Part shown: one piece after another, positions 1-16,873 of the stretch
Layout of the letters: each line of letters starts with the position of its first letter
How positions within the stretch are numbered: position 1 is the first letter of the stretch
DNA from: the human T2T-CHM13v2.0 reference genome, Homo sapiens
Assembly: GCF_009914755.1 (NCBI RefSeq)
Contig: NC_060942.1
Length of the DNA: 64,000 bases
Reading direction: 5' to 3' (one strand)
Position numbers and translations under genes: made by a program
Notes under the pieces: generated by a model
Databases searched by the model: none
What the model was told of the DNA's origin: nothing
Seen by the model: only the letters and a program-made list of their open reading frames with translations

Positions 1-406
1 ATTTGCTTTGTTTATACCATTAATTTGTTTTCACACAGGCTGCAAAGGTAGCCATCACCTCAGAATTAATTAGTGAAATCAAAATTAATGAGGTTTTACT
101 ATATTGGGTCATTTCCACTTCAGGCCAGTTTTCTTTATATGAGTTGGACTAGCATTTTTTTGAAAGAAGAAAAATTAGATTTATTTTAATCCATATTTAA
201 AAAGCACAGAACCATCTTTTCTTGTGAGTTAAGTACCTCTAATAACTATGCTTTCTTGGGCTTAGTAATATTGATTTTTTTTTGTTTTCATTCTTGATTA
301 TTTTGGCTATTTCCAGTCTTTCTTATTACAGTAAAGCTAAAGTTAACTCTTTAGATACTTATTATCATTTACAGAGACGGTATATCATGTTTACTTTGGA
401 CGAAAC

Positions 407-675
407 TTTTTTTTTTTTTTTTTTGAGATGGAGTCTCACTCCGTCATCCAGGCTAGAGTGCAATGGTGCGATCTCGGTTCAGTGCAACTTCTGCCTCCCA
501 GGTTCAGGCGATTCTCCTCCCTCAGCCTCCCCATCGGCTACTGTTTTGTATTTTTAGTAGAGATGGGCTCTCACCATGTTAGCCAGGCTGGTCTTGAACT
601 TTTGACCTCAGGTGATCCATCCCCCTCGACCTCCCAAAGTGCTGGTATTATAGGTGTGAGCCACTGTGCCCGGCC
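407..675 (-). mobile_element. AluS (Sx-like) SINE with an ~30-nt internal deletion in the right arm
   Basis: Poly-T at 407-424 followed by reverse-complement Alu consensus ending cccggcc at 675. TSD tggac(g/c)aaac at 397-406 and 676-685. The gagtagctgggattacaggc segment is missing near 530. Confidence 0.93.
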
Positions 676-1513
676 TGGACCAAACAGTTTTTTGTAGATT
701 GAGCTTGTTATTTGCAAATTTTCATTATTACACTATGTGAAAGGGGAATAAAAGTATTCTTTAAAACATATTTAGTTAAATATATGTGTCAGAGGAGAAT
801 GTGTCATGTAGAAATGAAAAGCTAGAATCTTGGTGTTAAAGCTCTTTTTTTTAACCTTCAGAAAATTACATCTCATAATCTACTTTTTAAAGCAGATCCT
901 ATGCTCTTATTTAATATTCATTTTGTATGTCCTTTATTTTTACTACATGAGAGTAATAATGTAGAGTTTTTAAGTCTTATGAAGATAGATTACGTTTTCT
1001 TAAATCTTTGAAATTATCTGCCTGTGTATCTGTGGGGAGGGTGAAAGTTCTGACAGGGAAACTTCTCATGAGGGGTTGATAATGCGGAAGGTCAAGTTTC
1101 TCATAAGAATGAGAAAACCTTTTTTCTTTGCTTAATGGCTCTAGTCCTCTCTCTGCTAAATTACAAACTATGGTAAGGAGATCTTTGACAGAGAGAGAGA
1201 GTATGCGTAGCTCAGTGGTTGTCAGCAGCTTTGTGTCACCTCAGATGTTGAGATCTCCAGTAGGGCAGAATTTTAGGAACGCCTAACATAGTAGAGAATA
1301 TTGGCAAAACTTCATATTGACTCATACTTCATTTTCTCTACTTTTTGGAAAGGAATGACTAGAGTATATGTGAGCATGAATGAAATGACTTTCGACGTGG
1401 GGACTAGCAAATAGGTCAGTTAGATGTGTGGCACTAATTAGGGATTAGCTCTTTATAAAGAAGATTTTGGAGAGTTTGGGAGTCTAAGTAGCAGAATCAA
1501 AAGTAGGGTCAGT

Positions 1514-1628
1514 GGCCAGGCGCGGTGGTTCATGCCTGTAGTCCTAGCACTTTGGGAGGCTGAGGCAGGCGGATTGCTTGAGCCCAGGAGTTCAAGACTA
1601 GCCTGGGCAACATAGAGGCTCTATTAAA
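1514..1628 (+). mobile_element. FLAM / Alu left monomer
   Basis: ggccaggcgcggtggttcatgcctgtagtcc...gagcccaggagttcaagactagcctgggcaacatag, a single arm. Confidence 0.85.
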
Positions 1629-1989
1629 TATTATAGATATAAAACAGTAGTGTTGGGTGTGTGAATACTGTGACTGATCAGTGCCTGATGGGAGGACATG
1701 AACAGATTAAAAGGAATACTGTTTAGGCATCATTCTTTAAGTTAATTATACCCGTAGAAAAAGATAACTGTTTCTTTGATGAGGGCAATAAATAAAATGA
1801 CCACTTTTTGGCAGATCGATGTTGCAAAATAGAATATTGTATTTAACCATTAATGTAGCAACCAACCCTTTTTATAAAATGAATAATGGATATATTTGAC
1901 AAAGTCAGTACTGATGATAAGCTGTAGAAATGCAAAGCATCCATTGTATTGAACTCTCTGTTGCTTTGAATTAGCAACGTACATACGTA

Positions 1990-1992
<3 letters not shown>

Positions 1993-2030
<38 letters not shown>
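1993..2030. repeat. (GT)19 microsatellite
   Basis: Perfect dinucleotide run read directly from the sequence. Confidence 0.97.
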
Positions 2031-2032
<2 letters not shown>

Positions 2033-3864
2033 TTACCCAGTTTTGTTCTAACATACCCAAATTTAACTATTTTTGTAGTTTGCCATTTTGTTTTGATTTG
2101 TTAATTATAAAACTAATTTGTGTGTGTCAGAATCAACTACCCCTCAGTATTTAATGTCTTTTGCTAAGACATTAAGAATCACATTTCATGTTTCAACTGA
2201 ATGTTTATCAGGAAAATAAGTAAGCTTAAAACATGCTTAAGAAAATTCTATTAACGTTTTAATGAAGGTTTGTAATACTATTTCTCCGAACTTAGTTTTT
2301 TTTTAACTTGTAACATGAGTAAACACCTGTTATGCTGATTATAGTGTGTAATTATAATACACAAAGTACAAATGAAGCTAACAAAGAATAAAAATAAAAC
2401 AGTTGAATTTAAGAATAAATAGTTAAATATTACTGTTATTTTTGTTTTATTACTATGCAGCTTCATTCAAACATTGATTTTAGGTTGTTTACAAAAGTAA
2501 ACATTATGCTAGTAAGATAAAAATAAAGCTAAATCATGGTGAAGAGAATGTAAGGGGAGAAAGCAAATGAGACCATTGATAGACCATATTCAGATACTTA
2601 TGCCCAAGATCCAGCACTGTTATAGACAGAAAATTCAGTTCTGAGTTTCCAAAGTGTGTTCATCTAAAACTAGGTCTTAATAAGATTACTGTGGTCAAAC
2701 AACTTTGGAGATGAATGGTGTTGTATCCCCTTAAAGAGATAATTACAGTCACAGCATTCTAAAGGTTCTTGGAAGTTCTGTGGTTAAAAACAACAGCTAC
2801 TACCCAACCTCAGTATTGTCAGTATTTCCCATGCACATTTGACCACACTTTCCTCCCTTTTTTTCACCTAATACCTATCAACGTGTCCCATTTGGGAAAG
2901 ATATTGAGATATTGATCTTTAGTTTAAAAACAACCTGTTTGCTTAGGAGAACCCCCAGCAGGGTGAGGTTTGACGTGTTTTTTCTTTAGATCCCATACAA
3001 GGGAAAGAGTATATTTATAGTGCAGTGGGCCTCCCCCTCAATAAATAGCCACAATATGTACAAGAATGAGTTTCTGATGGCTGTTTTTATGTGGTTTCCC
3101 TCAGTATGACCTGAAAGCATAAACCAGTAAGTCACTGAAAAGTTAAGTTTTCAATTGTTTATAAATTGTTTTATAGAAATCTAGACTTTAATTTTTAATT
3201 TTTTAGGTCATGGGTTCAGTTCTCTCTTACCAGAGAAAATCTTTGATTATTTATATCTTGTCTTGTTCTAAAAAGGAGTTGAAGGGCAAAAACTAGAGGT
3301 GAGCAGAAAATACACAGCAGAACATTTAATTGGCTATTGTGTGGCTACTTGAGGTGATGCATCTGCTGACATTATAGATAGAAACCATGAAGGAAATAGG
3401 AATGCATATCTACAGATAATGTGAATATCTATGACTCCTAAGAAATGATCGTGGCAGAGGGACGGTGAGGGTATTGTTTTTGATCAAAGGTGCAGGGAAG
3501 AGCATGGGTCTAAATGAAAGAGTCACAGACAGAAAGAAGCACTGCAGAAAGCAGCTCCCACAGCAAACAAAGGAAAGTTCACACTGTGGAAAGAGCACAC
3601 CTAATAACAGATCAATTTTTTCTCAGCTTTGCCTGCTCCAATATAGCAATCATTGTAGTGAGGTCATCTTTAAATTTGAACAGCAGTTTTTCCAGTGTAC
3701 CTTTTGCAATCTTTAATCTAGAATTAATTTAGTATAAAAATATTTTGATGATTGATCTGGGTTTTATGTATAATATAAAGGAACATACTTTTCAACATGA
3801 CCTAATATTGTGGTGGTTTTTCAGTGGCAGCAAATGTATAATTAATTTTGCCTTAAGTTATTGA

Positions 3865-4149
<285 letters not shown>

Positions 4150-5245
4150 TAGAAAATTAAATGGGTGTATTTCATTTTCTAGAAATGAAAATGTCTTTTA
4201 TATGAAGAAAAAAGGCTTGAAATGTAAAATAGTTGCTACTTTTATTTCTAATTGTTTAAGTGGCCTCTTTTTTGTTCTGCTATGCCAAATGTTTGTAGAA
4301 TATTTCACGAATCTTTAAAAGCATGTAATTGAGGATAATATACAGATGAGGACAGACATATGGACAACAAAGTATATATGTTTTCTATATAATTCACAAG
4401 TAAACTGTGGACAAGAAGAAGAAATCATTTTTATCTCAGGTTTACATACGGTGAAAAAGATACAACCCTTTTTTCTTTGAACAGCAGAAAAGCAATGCTG
4501 GGCAGTTACTTGTATGAGGTAATTAAAATGAAGTTTTCAAGTTCTAGAGAGAACATTTAAAATTTCGAGTTTCAGAAAGTTTATGTATTGGGGGTATAAT
4601 GTAGAAATAGTAATGCTTAGCTTAAAAGCACAGACAATGATATGTAATGTTTATACACAGACTGCTGTGGTTTTCCCTCAGAAATTTGTAAGTATATAAC
4701 TAAATGTTTATTGGTTTAGGCCTTTTTGAAACTCGTTGCTTTTTTACTTTCACAATTTTCACTAATCATCTATCAGTTATTAAAGTCTTTCTTTTGATTC
4801 CTAGTTGTACTAATATTTCTACTAGATTTTTTCCTTTTCTTCGTCTTTGTTTTAAATAGCATTTTTTGAAATCAGACTATATACATATTTGTGCATGCAC
4901 TATTGTGCGAACGGGAGTTCTCTTAAGCCTTTTGGGAATAAATAGCCATAAGCTTCGGTAATCTTTTATTTATTGTCTTCATTTTAACTGGTAGTACATA
5001 GGCAATCTTGACAAGAGGAAGCATTCTTGAAGTCTGTCAAACTTCCTTGCTTTTGCATGTAACCTTTCTTTCTCTTGTCTCTCATTGTAAAAGAGATTCA
5101 TACTTTTTGGTCAAGTTTTAAAAGCACAAAAGTATTAGAAAAGAAGAAAGATGAGCCCACATCTCATTGCTCATTGGTAAATGTTAACATTTTTGGCACA
5201 TGTCTTTCTAATCTCTTTCTGGGCATTTTAAAAAACAGAATTGCT

Positions 5246-5572
<327 letters not shown>

Positions 5573-5679
5573 TTATATCTTTCTTTTGTGTGTCTTTATG
5601 TTATGTCCTATCTGCTGAATAGCAGTCTTGTGTTTTCTTTTTTGGTCCACTTCATAAACTGAATATATGGAATTTGTCT

Positions 5680-5870
5680 TTAGTTCTAGAGTCAGACTGT
5701 TTAGTTTGAACTAGCTAGGATGGACTCCTAGCTAACACTGTGATCTATTCCAAGTCACTGGATATTTGTCCCTCAATTTCCTCATCTGTAAAATTAGGGT
5801 AATAATATTTTCTATCTTAAAGCATTTCTGAGAGAATAAAATGAGATAATATTTCCCTGGCATGTGGTAA
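5680..5870 (+). mobile_element. MIR fragment
   Basis: MIR core cctcaatttcctcatctgtaaaattagggtaataata...gagaataaaatgagataat. Confidence 0.75.
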
Positions 5871-6127
5871 ACAGAATGTAAGTGTGTTTATATGTATGTG
5901 TATGTGTGTGCAATTGTAAGCTTGTGTGTGTGTGTATACATGCATGTGTATCTATTTCCTACTACTGTTATTAAAGAAGCATGCTGCTTAACTTGTTACT
6001 TTGTTGAACTTGGGAATATGACTTTATCTACATTTAGAAATAATTTTTTGGGAATTAGTATTAAAGAAAGTTCTTATAGCAATAATGGCATTTGCAAGAC
6101 ACTGTATTAAAATACTATCAATATTAA

Positions 6128-6432
6128 GACTGGGTGCAGTGGCTCACACCTGTAGTCCTAGCACTTTGGGAGATGGAGGGGAGTGGATCGCTTGAGCCAA
6201 GGAGTTTGAGACCAGCCTGGGAGACATGGCCAAACTCTGTCTCTACAAAAAAAAATACAAAAATTAGCTGGGTGTGGGGGCACATGCCTGTGTCCCATCC
6301 ACTCAGGTGGCTGAGGTGAGAGAATCACTTGAGACCAGGAGGTCGAGGCTACAGTGAGCTGTGATTGCACCACTGCACCCCAGCCTGGGAGACAGAGAGA
6401 GACTCTGTCTTAAAAATAAACAAACAAAAAAA
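6128..6432 (+). mobile_element. AluJ
   Basis: Diverged dimer with J diagnostics (ggatcgcttgagcc, ggtcgaggctacagtgagctgtgatt) and an A-rich tail. Confidence 0.9.
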
Positions 6433-9400
6433 ACCCTATAACTATTAAATTAATAGCTGATGTATATTAAGTGAAAATGTATAGTAAACTTGTCTGGGAC
6501 TTGTTCAAATTAAGTATGATGAAGAGACTATCATTTTTCTGAACTTTTCTGATGCTTAGATAATACTTGAATATTTCAGATACTATAAATATATTTGTGA
6601 AGAATATAAAATGAAATTATTTACAAATGAGGCCTTACTGATAGACAAAGTTACTGTTCTAGTGAGTTTTCTAGAAGGAAATGACAAATAGGCCCTAACT
6701 GTAGGGGTACTGGAAGAGGTTATTGTTATAATCAGTTTAGTGTAATTAAGCCCAATTTAGATAAAATACAGCATGTAATATTGAAATTACATGCTGAAGA
6801 TTTGGGTAAACAATCAGTCAATATGACATTCAAGATAAATGCTATAGAGAAGCTGGATTTATTTTGGATTTCAACCATAATGGGAGGCATACATTGTTTT
6901 TTTCCTCCTTGCTGTTCATGCTGTAGCTAGTGATACAAAGTTCCCTGGGGAGTCAGTAAGGTACATCCTGGAGGTATTGACATTATTTATTTATTAAATT
7001 TATTTATTTATTAAATAAATAAAAAATGAAGCTAGAAAAAATCAGATTCAGCCAGGGTTTGATGTATGAAATGTATTTAAACTCTGAGGAGATACTTGAT
7101 CTCTCTTGTTAGTGTTTCAGGAATGTATTTTTCCAAATGCAGCCATACCACATTAACCCTGTTTTGCATATTGGGCAATTTTCTAGTTATTGTTTTGAGT
7201 TATACTGATGTTTCTAGTGTAAAACACTTGAAGTGTCTTTCCTTTATACGTTTATGCAGCATGTTTAAACATTTTTTTCCTTCAAGTGAGTACTTTGTGT
7301 TTTCAGTTTATAGTTCCCTGTGAAATCCAGTCAAAGCTAGTAATACAAAATGTAGAGAGCTGGAGTTCTAGAATCTTTTGTTCTTTTATTGTGACATTTT
7401 CTTATATGTAATAGCAATGTAATAGTGATGTAATGGCCATGGAAATTATTCTTTCACATCTCTAAATAGTTAAAAAACTACCCAAACACTAGCAACAAGA
7501 TTTAGCCAGATGAACCTCTTGCTTCCCTCTTACGAAGTTATTAAAGGTGGGTCACTGACCTAGGTGGTTTCTGTGGAGCTGTTGATGTGCTTCTGGGATC
7601 AACCGTCTCGTTCTTCACATTTCATATTCCCAGGAAGTATGCAGTGCCATTCTCACAGGCCTTTGACAAGGTCAGAATCCTGTCTGTTTGGGAAACAGGC
7701 ATGCTGAAAGTAATGACTGATGTTACAAAATGTTCTTCTTATCTAGCCATTACCAAGCCTAAACCACATTCTCATCTGGCTTCTTTTTATCATTCTTGCT
7801 ACACAACAAAAGTGATTCCCACATCATATTTCTATTCCTTATGTATAATTATTAGATGTTCTTATACAAATGCAAACACCATTAATGCTTGACAAATATC
7901 ATCAGAAATTAGTGTATGAGGACTTGTGAATTTATTTGTTCTGTGATGTTTCTTTTTATGTTCTGCACTCCATGTTTTCTGATATTTCTCTTTTTGCATG
8001 TACTTCATGAAATATGCATTTGAGTCATCTTTTTGAACTTAAGTACCTAATAAAATCTAGCAGGGAATTATGAATTAATGTATATTTGTATGTCTTTTGA
8101 AAAACATATATAAAACATGGCTAACAAAAAGCATGTGTTTCAGGGGCTCAGATTGTCATACAAGTAAAGTCTTAGTGACTGTTATTCTTCCTTAAGACTA
8201 ATTTTTGAAAACGTTTTTCATGCTTTTATTTTGATACATTTAAATTGATGTTTTTCTCTTGTTACTAAAATTGCTGAAGAGAATCAGGAGGTAGTGTTGA
8301 AGTTCAGTCCTTTGTTATTAGTGGAGGGTTTTAGTAGCAAGTGTTTTCTTCACGTATTTGACCCTTTGCCAGTAGTATCTAATACAGTGGAAATTAGATC
8401 TTACATTTGTATTTCACTATATATTGCCATTACATCATCAGCTTTTCTGTACATTTTTGCTTTTCATTCTGTTACAAAACATGCTATAGGACAGGGGAAG
8501 ACACAGAGAATGAATGGGTTAAGAAAAAGAGGTAATTGACTATAACCTTGGTAAAACCAAGTATAATCAGAGAGTTTCTTTTTTCTCTTTTAATGATTGA
8601 CTTTATGAAATCTTACATATTTACCTACCTCTGTAGTTACCATTTTCATTGCTTCCCTTTTTGAAGGAAGGGGTTGTTAGAGTGGAGATATGACTGTGCT
8701 TACTACTCCCTCCTCTCACAACCCCTCCATGCAATTAATCACTAAGTCTTTCCCATTAGGTATCCCTCAACTACTTTTTTATTATTTCCAGTGTACCATT
8801 GTAATTTATGGCCATATTTTTCCATACCTAGGCTATCTTTATTGGGTACCCTGCCTACTCTTTCTACCTTCTAATTCATCCTTTACTCTGCCGGGAAATT
8901 AATCTTAGGAAAGAAAACACTGACAACACTTGCTTCATATTAATGTCTTAATGAATAAACCATAAACAATATTAGTTCATAAAGCCTTCAAGACAAGGTC
9001 TTCCATAGTGTGGTACTTTCCTACCTTCTGTCTTTACCTCTTACTGTTCTTTTACACAGACCAGTTGCTCTAGTCAATAATAATTGGGTCACTCCCAATT
9101 CTTCTTGCTAGTGTCATCCATATTGTTTTCGTGATTTTCACTCACTTGGAACATTGCTTTTTTCTTTCCTTTTTTTTTTTGTTTAAAACAAACAAAAGTA
9201 TCTATGATATTTTAAGGAAATTTGAGTAATAAGAATGCAGTCTTGCATATTTACTTATGTAGTCACCATTTCCATTGCTCTTTATTGCTTTGTGTAGATA
9301 TAGATTTTGCCTGGAGTCATTTTTCTTTTGTCTAATACTTAATTTTTCTTTTAGTGTAGGTCTGCAGGTGATGAATTCTTTCAGCTTTTGCATGTTTGAA

Positions 9401-10172
9401 AAAAACTCTATTTTATCTTCATTTTTAAAGGCTATTTTCTCTAGGTATAGAATTCTAGGTCAACAGGTTTTTGTCTTTTGCTGTCTGTACTCCAGCTGTC
9501 TTCTGGGTTGCATTATTTTCAGCAAGAAATCTGTCAACCTTATGTTTCCTCTGTATATAACATTTCTTTTCTCTGGCTCCTTTTAAATTTTTTCCTTAAT
9601 TACTGGTTTTGAGCAATTTGATTGTGGTTTTCTTTCTATTTCTTGTTCTTGGGGTTTGTTATACTTATTGGATCCGTGGCTGTGTAGATTTTATCAAATT
9701 TGGAAAACTTTTGGCCATAATTTATTCAAATATATTTTCTCCCCTCCATTTTCTTTTCTTTTCTTTGGAGACTCCAATTATATGTCTTTTAAGCCATTTG
9801 AAGTTGTTCTTCAGCTCACTGTGATGGTATTTTCATTTAAAAACTTTTTTTGGTTTCATTTTATATAATTTCTATTGCTATGCCTTCAAGCTTACTGATA
9901 TTTTCTTCTATAATGTCTAATCTAATTGTTCCCATCTAGTATATTTTTCATCCCAAACACTGTAGTTTACATTTCTCAAAGCTTGATTTTGGTACTTTAA
10001 TATCTTCTATTTCTCTATGCAAAACCTTTTGAACATCTGGAATATAATTATAATAACTTTTAATGCCGTTGTCTTCAAATTTTAATATGTTTATCAGTTC
10101 TGGGCTTGTTTTTCTTGATTTGATTTTTTTTTTTTCACTCAGTATTGATCATTTTTTTGACATGCCTGGTAA

Positions 10173-10563
<391 letters not shown>

Positions 10564-10592
10564 TGAGCTTTGTTGTGGGACACAGTTAAATT

Positions 10593-12634
<2,042 letters not shown>

Positions 12635-13333
12635 TTAAATTACTGAGAAACAGTTTGATCCTTTTGGGTCTTGCCTTGTCAGGTAGGGCTGGAGCAGGGT
12701 TAAATGTGGAGCTAATTATTATCCACTGCAAATGGAACACCTTCCTGAGAACTGTACCCAGTGGCTCATGAATTTGAGGTTTCCATTCTGGCTGGTCAGA
12801 GTAGGTACTATTCACAATCCTGTCTGAGTCCTGGGTGCTGTACCCTGTAATCTTTTCAAGTGGTTCTTTCCTTGGCCTTGGGTACTTTCTTCATAGTCAC
12901 ACAGTAATCAGTACTCTGCCGAGTATGTAAGGAGGACCTTCTGCAGGTTTCTGTGGAGCTTTCTTCACCCTGGTAGTCTATTCTGCAAACTCTAGCTGCC
13001 TGTACTCTAAGCTATCTGTCTTCAACTTAAGGAATCTGTTAGGCTATTCAGACAATGGATGTTAGTCAGTGTTCAGACAATGGACATTAGTCAATTAAGG
13101 ATTGTCTGAAAAAGCATTGTTTCAAATCCTTACATCTATTTTTTTCCCAATTATTTTACGTAAAAGGGTAAATTCAGTTCCTATTACTCCATCTTGGCTG
13201 GAAGCAGAAGTCTTTTCTGCTAATTTGAATTTTCAAAATCTTTAAATATTCAGGCAGAGTCCACTCTTTCCCTGATATTTTTAAAAACAGGTTTAGTTGG
13301 GAATGGATTTTTTTTTTCTATCTTTTGAACCTC

Positions 13334-13687
13334 TGTATTAGTCCATTCTCTTGCTACTGTGAATAAATACCTGAGAGTGGCTAATTTATAAAGAAAAGAG
13401 GTTTAACTGACTCACAGTTCCGCATGGTTGGGGAGGCCTCAGGAAACTTACAATCATGGTGAAAGGCACCTCTTCACAGGGCAGCAGAAGGGAGGAGTGC
13501 TGAGCGAAGGGGAAAGCCCCTTGTAAAATCATCAGATCTTGTGAGAACTCACTGACTATTAGGAGAACAGCATAGAGGAAACTGTCTCCATGATTCAATT
13601 ATCTCCACCTCGTCCCACGCTTGACACATGGGGATTATTACAATTCAAGGTGAGATTTGGGTGGTGACTCAGGGCGAAACCATATCA
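13334..13687 (-). mobile_element. THE1 (THE1C-like) MaLR solo LTR
   Basis: Termini tgtattagtcc...aaaccatatca, internal gaaaggcacctcttcacagggc, 5-bp TSD acctc/gcctc. Confidence 0.9.
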
Positions 13688-13809
13688 GCCTCTTTATTAT
13701 TCTTTTTGGCTTGTGTTGTTGATTGTCTTCTTATGTGCAAATGTTTTGACCCTCACTCTTGGGGTATACATTTCTCTCCCACCCCAGGAAGTTAATTACC
13801 ATTGATATG

Positions 13810-14430
13810 TTACAACCATTTAATCTTCAGACTTTATTCCAACTTTTCCAGTTGTTCCACTACAGTCTTTTACTGCAAAAAGATCCAGATTAGAATTATG
13901 CATGGTTAGTTCTATCCCCCTTTCAATTTAAAATAATTCCTTAGTTCTTCCTTCACCTTAAAGACTGAAAGTTTTGAATATTTCTGGCCAGTCGTTTTAT
14001 AAAATGTTTCCCAATTTCCGTTTATCTGATGTCTTCTCATGGTTATTTTCAGAATATGTATCTTTGGCAAGAAAATCACTGACATTTTTCTCATTACATC
14101 TTATCAGTTGGCATATGATTTTAATTTGTTTCATCACTAGAGTTTACTTAGGTCACTTAAGGTGTTTTTTGGCTTCTTCACTGCAAAGTTATGTTTTTTC
14201 TTTTTGTAATTAGTAAGCATTTTGTGAAAAGATACTTTGAAACCATGTAAATAGCTTTTCTTTATCAAACATTTAAGTTACTCATTTATTTGCAGTTGGA
14301 TCTCTATTTTATACAACAGATTACATTCCTAAACTCTTATGTGATGTCTTGGATTTGGTCAGTGGGAGTCCCTTCACACTGGATATTTTTTTTCTTTCAG
14401 CATTGTCTTGCTTTACAGCTGAAGTAGATG
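13810..14430 (-). mobile_element. L1MC-like 3' region fragment
   Basis: Motifs such as ggccagtcgttttataaaatgtttcccaattt...tctgatgtcttctcatggtta, typical of L1MC 3' ends. Confidence 0.6.
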
Positions 14431-16049
14431 ATGCTGCCTCCTCGTGTGGATGTGCTTTTTATCCATCCTGGCTGATACCCTGTGACTGATGTCCTCTCTT
14501 CCCAGCATAGTCATCCTTTCTCCCCTTTTGGGATCTAGCACCCTGTGCAAAGCTGCCTACCTGCATAGATGCCCTCTTCTCTCTTTGGGCCCCATCCCAT
14601 CCCCACTCACCATATGGATGCCCTTTTCATACCTCTTAGACTTCAACCTTCTGTGCCAGGTTGCTTTCATGTGTTGATTTCTTAGACCCACCTTTGGGAT
14701 CTGTACTGGGCTGCGTCACTGTGTGAACTCCCTCCTCTCTCCACTCAGGTTCCAACAGTGTCTCTTGATGCACATGCTTCTGGGGCTAAACCCTGTGCCA
14801 AGCTGCTGCCACCACTTCCCTCTTGTTTAGCTTCCCTCTGCACCCTCTCAGCCTCTGACATATTGCTCTGGGCTGCTGCAGGCCCGCTTTTCACCACCAT
14901 GCCCCTTATCTGACATGGACTCCTACCTTTGCTCAGGTGTATTTACTAACTTTGGGCTCGGTTGTTCAGAAGAGAAGAGGAAGTATAAACTTTAGACACC
15001 AGAGATCAAATTAGTTACTTGGAGCTTTTGCAGGTAGTATATTCTCACTTATTTGTTGATTAATGATTTTATTTTAGATATCAATAAGGGAAAGTCACTT
15101 AAGCCTTTCCATTATAACTACAAACTACATTTAATGGAGAATTAAGAGCTAGAGCAGTAAATTCTAAATTTATTCCTGTGAAACTTTAAGATATCTGAAA
15201 GAATATCATATTATTTTCAAAATTGAATTAACTTTAATTTACTTAAAATAATCTTTTCCCACAATATTTAAAAACATAATATGATATACATTTGTAAAAA
15301 ATTGATATGTTACAAATCTTCATGTACAAGAATATGAAGTTCTATACTAATTCAACCATGTAAATATATCCTGTTAACCAAGTAGTGTACATCTATTGAG
15401 AGTATTTTTCTGTGACTGTAATATCCCTTCCCCCACTTTATACTATGAATACTCTTCTCTAACTTGTTATTTTCATTTAACAGTATGTTGTGGCTTTTAT
15501 TCTATGTTAATATATATAGCAGAGCATGCTTTTAAACATTGTTTTTGTAACTTCACAGTACTCCTTTTAGTGGATACATCATAAATTATTGACACAGTCT
15601 ACTAATGTTAGATATTTAGGTTTCTGAAAAATTTTTCTATTACGATTAAGACATTTATAACCCAACCACACACATATATGTTTGGATATGGTATCATTAT
15701 TTAGCATAATCTTAGAATAGGAATTCCTGTGTTAAAGGAAATGTGAGTTTTAAATTTAATAGAATTTGTTAAAAAAATTACTAATTTTTATTTGTACTAA
15801 AAGTGTATTACCAGTTTTCTTACATACTTGAGAATGCTGAATATCTGTACGGTAAGATATAAATAGTATTTCATTATTGCTTCAATTTGATTTCTTTGAT
15901 TATTAGTGAGGTTGACATCTTTTTGTATGATTACTACCTATTTCAATTTCTTTTCTTGATTGTTCATATTCTTTAAACATTATTTTGTTGGCTTATTTTT
16001 TTCTCATAGATTTGTTAGAACTCTGTATTTTGAGGCTGCTAACTCTATC

Positions 16050-16400
16050 TCTATTTAATCAACAAATAGTTACTCTGTGCCTCCAATGTGCTGGGCACTG
16101 TTCAGTGTACCAGGGATACAACAGTGAACAAAACATCTGAAACTCTCTAGCTTTTGTGCAGTTTACATTCTGGGTGGAGAGAGGCAGGTCAAAAATAACA
16201 AAAACTTTAAACACATAGTATGTTCTCTGGTGTTCGTGTTATGGAGAAAATAAAGCAGAAAAGGGAGAATTTGATAAGATGGCCAGAGAATAACTCATTG
16301 AAAATGTAACATTAAGAGCTTGAAAGGTGGGTGAAGGAGGTGGTGAAGCTCACATTGGAGGAAGTTTTTGCTGTGACTTAGACAAGAAATGCATAGATGG
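16050..16400 (-). mobile_element. L2 3' end fragment
   Basis: atttaatcaacaaatagttactctgtgcctccaatgtgctgggcactgttc...gatacaacagtgaacaaaaca, the L2 3' terminus in reverse orientation. Confidence 0.75.
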
Positions 16401-16448
16401 AGATAAACGGAAAGGATAGCCAAATAAAGAAGCGTTAAAGTAGTTGTA

Positions 16449-16873
<425 letters not shown>

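Noticed and set aside
282-697. ORFs of 89-91 aa, and similar ones near 5306, 10210, 16540, 29949, 30037, 48871, 55128 and 57334-58017
   Set aside because: These are translations of Alu sequence ([15 protein letters not shown] motifs) with no exon structure.
13422-13436. PRDM9 hotspot motif in the THE1 LTR
   Set aside because: The minus strand reads CCTCCCCAACCAT, which fails CCNCCNTNNCCNC at positions 7 and 13.
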